This document shows, one piece after another, positions 1 through 7,106 of a DNA stretch of 36,996 bases (its first letter is position 1; the number at the start of each line of letters is the position of its first letter). This DNA comes from Candidatus Muiribacteriota bacterium (GTDB taxonomy: Bacteria > Muiribacteriota > Muiribacteriia > Muiribacteriales > Muiribacteriaceae): contig JBNJGP010000016.1 in the NCBI GenBank assembly GCA_051747805.1, positions 1 through 36,996 of the forward strand. Reading direction: 5' to 3'. The notes under the pieces are model-generated. The model worked only from the letters and a program-made list of their open reading frames with translations, was not told where the DNA came from and made no database searches. The position numbers and the translations under genes are program-made.

Positions 1-190
1 GTCAGCTTTAGCTGACTTTACTGTCGATGACATCGACTTTACTTGACCTTCGCTCAAGTTAGAGCATTAAAAGTATTTGTTTATGACTTATTTGCAAAGC
101 AAATAATAACTTGGTTAAACGAAGTTTAAGCAATAACTTTTTTGTCATAGACAAAAAATTACTTGTTTGTAAAAAACAAACAATAACTTT
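1..190. repeat. Array of short hairpins separated by a conserved T(A/T/G)AC linker (REP-like); probably continues left of the window
   Basis: Stems read directly: GTCAGC/GCTGAC (1-16), GTCGAT/ATCGAC (23-37), TTGACC/GCTCAA (43-57, 1 mismatch), TTATTTGC/GCAAATAA (88-106), TTGGTTAAAC/GTTTAAGCAA (111-133, 1 mismatch), TTTTTTGTC/GACAAAAAA (138-158), TTGTTTGT/ACAAACAA (163-183). Linkers: TTAC (18-21, 39-42, 159-162), TGAC (84-87), TAAC (107-110, 134-137, 184-187). Confidence 0.85.
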
Positions 191-253
191 AATAAAGCGA
201 CCCCGTTCTGTTTCTAAACATTATTGATAATTGCTGATAAATAAATTTTTCAT

Positions 254-282
254 TAGACTTTTAATCAAATTTTTTGTAAAAT
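254..282 (+). promoter_or_regulatory. Putative sigma70 promoter for the HAMP-protein gene
   Basis: TAGACT (254-259), 17-bp spacer, TAAAAT (277-282); GGAGG RBS at 327-331 before the TTG at 337. The AT-rich background weakens the call. Confidence 0.35.
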
Positions 283-336
283 ATTAAATGTTTCTACTTA
301 ATATTATACTCTTAAAATAATTACCTGGAGGTTTTT

Positions 337-894
337 TTGAAAAGAAAAAAATTTTTAATTAACAAACCATTTCAGTATAAATTAATTTTTGTTTTTTCCC
401 TGATAGTAATTTTTTCTACAAACATTACCGCTTCTCTGATTTATGCGTTTTTAAGCGGTGCGGTTGACCTGTCAGGAATACTTGGAATCACCGATGGTAA
501 CTTTCTGCTTCCCTCAATAATTATTGCCCAGATTATTTCAATAGTTCTGATTATTATAATTGGAGTTTTTTTAACCCACACAATGGCCGGCCCTATATAC
601 CGATTTGAGAAGGCAATCGAACTTGTTTCAGAAAAAGACCTTACAGTTAAATTTAATTTAAGAAAAGATGATGAATTTAAAAATCTTGCCGATTTAATTA
701 ATTCTATGATTAAAAAGCTTAACTCTGAGCTTATAGGAATGGAAAATAAAATAAACTCATTAGAGAATTATGCCAATAAAATTGAAAACTCTAAAGAAGA
801 AGAATTAAAAAAAATTACCGAAAATATTAAAAAAACCGTTTACGAATTAACAAAAGGAATAAACGAGTTCAAGCTCAGAGAGCGCGAGAAATAA
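337..894 (+). CDS. Two-TM HAMP-domain membrane protein with a short C-terminal coiled coil (MCP-like, no signalling domain)
   Basis: TTG start with GGAGG RBS; two hydrophobic helices; HAMP-like segment AGPIYRFEKAIELVSEKDLTVKFNLRKDDEFKNLADLINSM; overlaps the mnmA 3' end by 20 bp. Confidence 0.8.
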   Translation: MKRKKFLINKPFQYKLIFVFSLIVIFSTNITASLIYAFLSGAVDLSGILGITDGNFLLPSIIIAQIISIVLIIIIGVFLTHTMAGPIYRFEKAIELVSEKDLTVKFNLRKDDEFKNLADLINSMIKKLNSELIGMENKINSLENYANKIENSKEEELKKITENIKKTVYELTKGINEFKLREREK

Positions 895-1936
895 TTCCGC
901 CAAACATAAGAGTCTTTTCATCATAAATAACAGCTGACTGCCCGCAAGTTACAGATTTAGCAGGTTTCAAGAACTCAATTACTGCCTCTTTGCTGTTAAT
1001 ATCATATTGAAGAATTTTTATATCAACTTTTGGAGCATAATGACGAATTTTTGCCTTAAAATAATTTTTATCCTGAATTCTGTTTTTAAATATTGTAAAA
1101 AAATTAACATTTTTTAAAACAGCTTTCGTAGAATAAAGATGTTTTTCATCAGAAACATAAACAACGTTGGTTTGAGAATCTATTTCCTTAACATAAAGTT
1201 TTTTTCCTATGCTTACTTTTAAACCACGACTCTGACCTTTAGTAAAATTATAAATTCCATTATGAGTTCCAATTTCTTTCATCTCAGGATATAAGATAAT
1301 TTTTCCATGAATTGTTCCAACTTTCTGTAATATAAACTTTTTATAACTATCTGGAATAAAACATATTTCAAAGCTTTCTTTTTTATTTTTTATTTTTTCA
1401 AATCCATACAAAGCCGCCTTTTCCTTTACATTTTTTTTATGAAGTTTCCCCAGAGGAAACAGTATATAAGGCAGCCACTCCTCCCTCAGCGGGTATAAAA
1501 AATAGCTCTGATCCTTTGTTTCATCTTCTCCCTGAACTATAGACCAGTTACCGGAAATATTTTCAATATTACAATAATGGCCAGTGGCAATATAATCTGC
1601 ACCATGTTTTTCTTTTTCATCTAAAAGAAGTTTAAATTTAATTTGTCTATTACATTCTATACATGGGTTGGGAGTATTTCCCCTAAGGTATTCATCTATA
1701 AATGGTTTTACTACTTCTGAATAAAACTCTTTCTCATAATCTGCTTTTATATGTGAAATACCAAGTTTTTCACAAATTGCTTTTGCATCCATAATTGCCG
1801 AATCGGAACAGCATGTATTCTGAAACTCATTATAAAGCTTCAGCGTCATTCCTGTAACATTATTTCCCTGCTCTGAAAGAAGCAGTGTGGTAACTGACGA
1901 ATCAACTCCGCCACTCATTCCAACTAGTATATTCAT
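875..1936 (-). CDS. mnmA: tRNA-specific 2-thiouridylase MnmA
   Basis: PP-loop SGGVDS, TPNPCIECN, IATGHY, KDQSYFL, ESFEICF and GQSAVIY motifs. Confidence 0.97.
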   Translation of the reverse strand: MNILVGMSGGVDSSVTTLLLSEQGNNVTGMTLKLYNEFQNTCCSDSAIMDAKAICEKLGISHIKADYEKEFYSEVVKPFIDEYLRGNTPNPCIECNRQIKFKLLLDEKEKHGADYIATGHYCNIENISGNWSIVQGEDETKDQSYFLYPLREEWLPYILFPLGKLHKKNVKEKAALYGFEKIKNKKESFEICFIPDSYKKFILQKVGTIHGKIILYPEMKEIGTHNGIYNFTKGQSRGLKVSIGKKLYVKEIDSQTNVVYVSDEKHLYSTKAVLKNVNFFTIFKNRIQDKNYFKAKIRHYAPKVDIKILQYDINSKEAVIEFLKPAKSVTCGQSAVIYDEKTLMFGGIISRAL

Positions 1937-1951
1937 AAAATTCCTTTCAAC

Positions 1952-4516
1952 TTATAATGTATGATGTGCATTTTTTATTGCATCTATTGAGAATTTACCC
2001 AGTCTGGAGTTTTCATCAACCAGGGTTAAAACAATTTCCCACTCTTCGATAGCATTTTTAAGCATACCCACTTCTTCATATGCATATCCCAGATTATAAT
2101 GAACATAAGGATCGTTAGGATTAATTTTAATATGCTGTCGCCAAACTGAAATTGCATTTTCCAGCATTTTTTTATCATAATATGCAAGCCCAAGGTTATA
2201 GAGCACAAACTCATCCTGAGGATTTATTATCATAGCTCTGTGAAACTCTTTAACAGCCTCATCAAGATTGCCCTGATCATAATAAAGCATACCCAGGTTG
2301 GTATGAGCATATATATCATCTGGATTAAGAGTTAAAGCTTTCTGAAACTCCTTCTGAGCCTCTTCTGGATTACCGGAAGATTTAAGAACCAACCCCAGAA
2401 GATAATGCCCGAACTGATCATCTGGATTTTTTGTAACCGCTTTATTAAGATAATGAATTGACCTGTCATAATCACCCCGTATTTTATGAATATTTCCAAT
2501 TAAATAATAGGCTGCACCAAAATTTTTATTTATTTCAATAACTTTTTCTGCAAATAAAAGAGCTTTGTCAAATTCTTTAAGCTTCATATATATATAGGCC
2601 ATATTATAAAGCAAATCAATACTTCTGTTATCGATTTTACAGGCCTGCTCTAAATAAACAAGCGCTAAATCAAATTTCCCGGTCATCTTATAAACAAGAC
2701 CAAGCTGATAATTAAACTCAAAGTTATTATCTATTTTTATCATTCTCTTTAATAAATTTATTGCCTCTTCAAGTTTACCCGTATTTTTATATAAAATTGA
2801 AAGATTAAGTCCAGCTTCAAGATTATCCGGCTCTATAATAAGAGATTTATCAAAATAATATTGAGCCTTATCACTGTTGCCTTTTGCCTTATATGCATAA
2901 CCAAGGCTTAATAGTGCCTCTGAAAACTCAAGATTGATAGCTATTGCCTTTTCCCATTCAAGAATTGCTTTTTCAATATTTCCATTTTTTTCATATGCTT
3001 TGCCTAGATTATATAAAAGTTTTACATCAGTTGGTTTTTTTGAAACAGCCTTTTCCCATTTAGCTATTTCTGAATCAAAGTACCCCATTTTTTTTAATAA
3101 AACATCCAGATAATATTGAGCCTGTTTGTCCCCTGGATTCAACTCAAGAACTTTTTTAAATTCACCCACAGCCTCCTGAGTATATCCTTTGTTTTTTAAA
3201 AGACAGGCAAGCTCATAATGAAGTTTTGAAGAATTTGAATCAATAATCAGTGCCTGTCTGAGTCTTTGAATATCATCTTCAGAATCTGATTTTTTCCTTT
3301 TTATAGATTGTTTTGGCTCGTTAGCTGAAGTTTCTACAGGCTTAAATTCATCAGCCTTCTTCCATAGTTTTACAGCCTCATCATAATTTCCTCTCTCGGA
3401 AAAAATATCCCCCATAAGATTATAGGATTTAAAATTATCAGGTTCTAAATCTATAGCCTTATTAAGGTATTCTATAGCCTTATCAAGCTTACCACGTGAT
3501 TTTGCCACAGTTGCCAGATTATAATAGGCCTCACCTGAAACCGGGTTTATTGAGAGTGCTTTTAAAAAATTCTTCTCAGCGTCAGCTGCAAAATTTTTCT
3601 TTTTATAAATTTTTCCAAGCATTAAGTAATTCTTATAATCTTTAGAAGGTGATTTTTCCAGCTGATTTATCGCAGAATCATACATATTAATCTGAGTGTA
3701 GGCAACTGCAAGATAATAATGAACTTCCGGTATTTCTCTGTTTATATTAATAACTTTTTTTAACTCTGTTATAGCCTCTTCATATTGTTTGAGCTCTAAT
3801 AAAACTAAAGAATAATTCAAATGGGCATATGCATTATTCTGATCTTTTAATATGGCCGACTTACAGTATTTAAGTGCTTTATTACATTCTCCAAGCTGAA
3901 GGTATATATAACCCAGCCTGGATAATCCATAAATATCATCCGGGTTAATAAGAACCACTTTATTATACTCAAGCAAAGACTTTGAATATTCCTCTGTCTT
4001 TTCATATAATTTTCCAAGCAGAAAATGCGCATAAGAATAATTAGGATTAATACTAAGTGTTTTTTTTAAATTCAAAAGCGCAACATCTGGAAGATTTTTA
4101 TCCATAAAAATCTGAGCTAGATTTAGATATGCATATGAACATTTTTTATCATATTTAATGGCATTATTAAAATAAATTATTGCATCATCTATTTTATCCG
4201 CGTGTTTACATGAAACTCCAAGTTTCAAGTGTGCCTGAACGTTTTTTTTATCAATTTCCACAGCTTTTAAATAATTTTTTATTGCAGGATTAATCAAATT
4301 ATTTTTTTTATTAACATCTCCAAGGGCAATATAAATCTGAGGAATTGAACCATTAATCTGAAGCGCTTTTTTCAAAACAGAGCTGGCCTCATCAAATTGA
4401 CCAGTTACCTCATAAAGTTTCCCCAGATTATAATAATTTGAATAATCTCCGGGATAATTTTTTATTTTTTCTTTATACTCTTTAATTGCTGAATCAAATT
4501 TTTTTCTAATAATCAT
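1952..4516 (-). CDS. Large all-TPR repeat protein (854 aa)
   Basis: Continuous 34-aa TPR consensus (AxxxLGxxY...A...F.KAL.LNP) in two arrays split by a charged linker near aa 390-415; no signal peptide or catalytic domain seen. Confidence 0.93.
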   Translation of the reverse strand: MIIRKKFDSAIKEYKEKIKNYPGDYSNYYNLGKLYEVTGQFDEASSVLKKALQINGSIPQIYIALGDVNKKNNLINPAIKNYLKAVEIDKKNVQAHLKLGVSCKHADKIDDAIIYFNNAIKYDKKCSYAYLNLAQIFMDKNLPDVALLNLKKTLSINPNYSYAHFLLGKLYEKTEEYSKSLLEYNKVVLINPDDIYGLSRLGYIYLQLGECNKALKYCKSAILKDQNNAYAHLNYSLVLLELKQYEEAITELKKVININREIPEVHYYLAVAYTQINMYDSAINQLEKSPSKDYKNYLMLGKIYKKKNFAADAEKNFLKALSINPVSGEAYYNLATVAKSRGKLDKAIEYLNKAIDLEPDNFKSYNLMGDIFSERGNYDEAVKLWKKADEFKPVETSANEPKQSIKRKKSDSEDDIQRLRQALIIDSNSSKLHYELACLLKNKGYTQEAVGEFKKVLELNPGDKQAQYYLDVLLKKMGYFDSEIAKWEKAVSKKPTDVKLLYNLGKAYEKNGNIEKAILEWEKAIAINLEFSEALLSLGYAYKAKGNSDKAQYYFDKSLIIEPDNLEAGLNLSILYKNTGKLEEAINLLKRMIKIDNNFEFNYQLGLVYKMTGKFDLALVYLEQACKIDNRSIDLLYNMAYIYMKLKEFDKALLFAEKVIEINKNFGAAYYLIGNIHKIRGDYDRSIHYLNKAVTKNPDDQFGHYLLGLVLKSSGNPEEAQKEFQKALTLNPDDIYAHTNLGMLYYDQGNLDEAVKEFHRAMIINPQDEFVLYNLGLAYYDKKMLENAISVWRQHIKINPNDPYVHYNLGYAYEEVGMLKNAIEEWEIVLTLVDENSRLGKFSIDAIKNAHHTL

Positions 4517-4520
4517 TACT

Positions 4521-4958
4521 TTATTCCCACCTGTTTCCTAAATGCCTGATATTGTGTTTAAAATTCTTTATCCAAGCGTCAACCAGTTCTTTTTTAATAT
4601 TTGGATAAACTGTAATTTCTTCAAACTCATCTACTCCAAAAAACTTAACATCATAAATATCGCTATCACTGATACAAAATTTAACCTCGCGGTCTTTTAA
4701 AAAACCTAAAAAAAACATGTTTATAATATGTTTTTTTCCGTTAGGATTTATTGACTCACTGGTAAAAACCAGTTTGCCCAGCGAAATATTCAGACCGGTT
4801 TCTTCTTTTACCTCTCTAACGGCACAACTTTCAATAGTTTCATTTATCTCAAGTCCACCACCGGGTAAAAGCCAGTATTCCCGTCCGTTTTTTCGATGCT
4901 TAACAAAAAGCATTTTATCTTTATATAATATAATTATCGCAATTCTAACTCTAAGCAT
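4521..4958 (-). CDS. Nudix hydrolase
   Basis: Nudix box GGGLEINETIESCAVREVKEETGL. Confidence 0.93.
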   Translation of the reverse strand: MLRVRIAIIILYKDKMLFVKHRKNGREYWLLPGGGLEINETIESCAVREVKEETGLNISLGKLVFTSESINPNGKKHIINMFFLGFLKDREVKFCISDSDIYDVKFFGVDEFEEITVYPNIKKELVDAWIKNFKHNIRHLGNRWE

Positions 4959-4973
4959 TAAAGAAATTATAAT

Positions 4974-6203
4974 TTAAAAACGTTTAAATTTCAAAATTCT
5001 ATACTCATTTTCTTTTATCTGAGGTAAATATAAGGTGTTTTTTTCTTTTTGATAGAAGTAAGAGCGTGTTCGAATAATATCCCCGGCCAGCCTGGAATCA
5101 AAAGAAAAAGAATTTAAAACTTCTCCATCATATGAAATTTTATATATTCCAGTTTCAAACTCAAAATTTTCTTCTTCTCTTGAGGTAATATACCTGGCAG
5201 AAATAATAAAACATTCTTTATCCGCATAAATAAGAGACCAGGCGGTCGTTTTTTCAGGATAATTAACTTCAAAAACACATTCAAGTTTTTTTTCGCTGTT
5301 AAACCTGTGTAATCTTCCAAGAACCGGTTCGATTGTTAAAAAAAACTCCCCGTCACCATAAATATCGGGAATTTTTTCAAATAATTTTTCTTCAATATTA
5401 TAAAGGACCGATTTTTTCTCATGATTCATAACTCCCTTTATATAAATATCTTTCTCAGAACAAAGCATTAAATCAACCTGCTCAAACTGTCGAATTCGAG
5501 TTTCTGATGAGCTTCTATCATCTTTATCGAATTTTATAAGTCTTAGAATTTGTGACATATCCATTACATAAACGTTATCATCTCTATCAACTATAATATC
5601 TGCGGGACGGAAAAGCCCCCCGGAAGTTCTTCCCTTTTGGCCAAACTTTTCGATAAATTCACCTTCTGCAGAAAATACAGTAATCCTGAAATTAATATTA
5701 TCAATAATATAAATTTTATTATCTTTTATATAAAAAGACTGTGGTCCATAGAGTCTTCTGCCAAAAGTATCAAAACCAAAATTATAATCAAAATCTATTA
5801 ATTCATGATTTTTGTTTTGCGCGCGGGAAATGTTAATTTTCTTTTGATTATAATCTTCCATTTTAGGAAGCTCTTTAAATCTTTCCTGATATATTTTAAA
5901 ATTAACTTTTTCTATTATAGTCAGTAGCGCTTCCCGATGCTCTTCTTCGAGTGCATTAATTAAAGCCTGCCTGTACCTTCTAAGCCCCTCTCTTAAATTC
6001 CCCAGTTTCATCTGTATGTCTCCCCTGAGCTCATATAAATAGGGATTTTTATCGTCAAACTCCTCATATTTTTTTATTTCTGAAATAGCCCCGGCTAAAT
6101 CACCAGAATTTATTCTTTGCTTAATTTCTGAAAAATCCATGGCAGAAAAAATCGGAATGCAGATAAAAATAAAAAGAATGAATATGCTTCTCCTGTTTTT
6201 CAT
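4974..6203 (-). CDS. Exported protein with an N-terminal TPR-like region and an NHL-type beta-propeller
   Basis: Signal-peptide-like N-terminus; helical repeat YLYELRGDIQMKLGNLREG; NHL-like repeats PQSFYIKDNKIYIIDNINFRITVFSAEGEFIEKFG and PADIIVDRDDNVYVMD. Confidence 0.75.
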   Translation of the reverse strand: MKNRRSIFILFIFICIPIFSAMDFSEIKQRINSGDLAGAISEIKKYEEFDDKNPYLYELRGDIQMKLGNLREGLRRYRQALINALEEEHREALLTIIEKVNFKIYQERFKELPKMEDYNQKKINISRAQNKNHELIDFDYNFGFDTFGRRLYGPQSFYIKDNKIYIIDNINFRITVFSAEGEFIEKFGQKGRTSGGLFRPADIIVDRDDNVYVMDMSQILRLIKFDKDDRSSSETRIRQFEQVDLMLCSEKDIYIKGVMNHEKKSVLYNIEEKLFEKIPDIYGDGEFFLTIEPVLGRLHRFNSEKKLECVFEVNYPEKTTAWSLIYADKECFIISARYITSREEENFEFETGIYKISYDGEVLNSFSFDSRLAGDIIRTRSYFYQKEKNTLYLPQIKENEYRILKFKRF

Positions 6204-6218
6204 AAAATCTCCTTTTTA

Positions 6219-6253
6219 TAATAAAAGAAGGGTGTCTGTAATCAGACACCCTT
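6219..6253 (-). terminator. Intrinsic terminator after the NlpC/P60-like gene
   Basis: Perfect 11-bp stem AAGGGTGTCTG (6228-6238) / CAGACACCCTT (6243-6253), 4-nt loop, followed on the minus strand by CTTTTATT. Confidence 0.85.
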
Positions 6254-6290
6254 AAAGTTTATTAAGAAAAAATTCGCCTTAAATTAGTTA

Positions 6291-7028
6291 TTAAAAATAT
6301 TTTTCTATATTGTAGTAGTCAAGTGTTCTTGAATCAGAATAACCATAAGCTATATCCATGTTTATCACATTATCATAATCAAGGTCAACAACCTGAACAG
6401 TACCATAATAATCATTTGCAATTAAAGCAGCATTTGAATAGCCGCCATACCATCCCATATATATTGCGGCATTGTTCCATACAAAATCCTGATTATAATC
6501 AATAAATATTAAATCACCTTTGTCTAACTTCCAGTAGTCACCATCTTTAAGGTCTTCTTCATCAGTTAGATTTGATTTTGTATATCTGAAATCATCTTTA
6601 GTATGCTGGTCTTCATTTCTGATATCATATCCAGCTTCTGTATAGTAATTATAGTATAAACCATCAATTGTTGTTTCTGGAACATCATAACCCATATTAT
6701 TAAGAGTTTCTATAATAACTGAACCATCATGAACATCTGGATTACCACTGTTGTTTGTATCAGTATAACCATTTCCATAAGGTGAATGCTCAACTTCGTT
6801 CCAGTAATAAAAAGAATCTTCGACAAATTTATCATAAAATTCCCAGCTTGTAAGTCCATCTGGATCAGCTGGTGGTTCATAAACAGACCCGCTTCCGCCT
6901 GAACTTCCTTTACCGCCTCTACCTGTAATTGCTTCCATATCATCTTCATTCAATAAAAAAGCATTGTTAAAAAAAGTTGTACTGAATACGAGCGCTAAAA
7001 CTATCAGTAAGATTGTTGTCTTTTTCAT
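6291..7028 (-). CDS. Secreted acidic NlpC/P60-like protein, catalytic Cys and His apparently absent
   Basis: Likely start MKKTT at 7028 with a GGGGG RBS upstream; signal peptide; SPYGNG...GYDVPETT and LDKGDLIFID...NNAAIYMG resemble the NlpC/P60 PYxxG...GxxLPRT and GDLvFF...HvgIYxG segments; no Cys in the protein. Confidence 0.65.
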   Translation of the reverse strand: MKKTTILLIVLALVFSTTFFNNAFLLNEDDMEAITGRGGKGSSGGSGSVYEPPADPDGLTSWEFYDKFVEDSFYYWNEVEHSPYGNGYTDTNNSGNPDVHDGSVIIETLNNMGYDVPETTIDGLYYNYYTEAGYDIRNEDQHTKDDFRYTKSNLTDEEDLKDGDYWKLDKGDLIFIDYNQDFVWNNAAIYMGWYGGYSNAALIANDYYGTVQVVDLDYDNVINMDIAYGYSDSRTLDYYNIEKYF

Positions 7029-7106
7029 TTTAAAGACCCCCTGCATTATTTTTATTTACATTTATTATTGTAAGTTAAAAAATTTAATAAAGAAAGTTAC
7101 ATATTG

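Noticed and set aside
1..190. Hairpin array as a CRISPR array or integron attC sites
   Set aside because: There is no constant 23-47 bp repeat and no cas gene. TAAC and one GTTAAAC resemble attC cores, but the units are far shorter than attC sites and enclose no cassettes.
7056..7073. Palindrome TTACA-N8-TGTAA upstream of the NlpC/P60-like gene
   Set aside because: It could be an operator, but 5-bp AT-rich arms are expected by chance here and I cannot match it to a known regulator.
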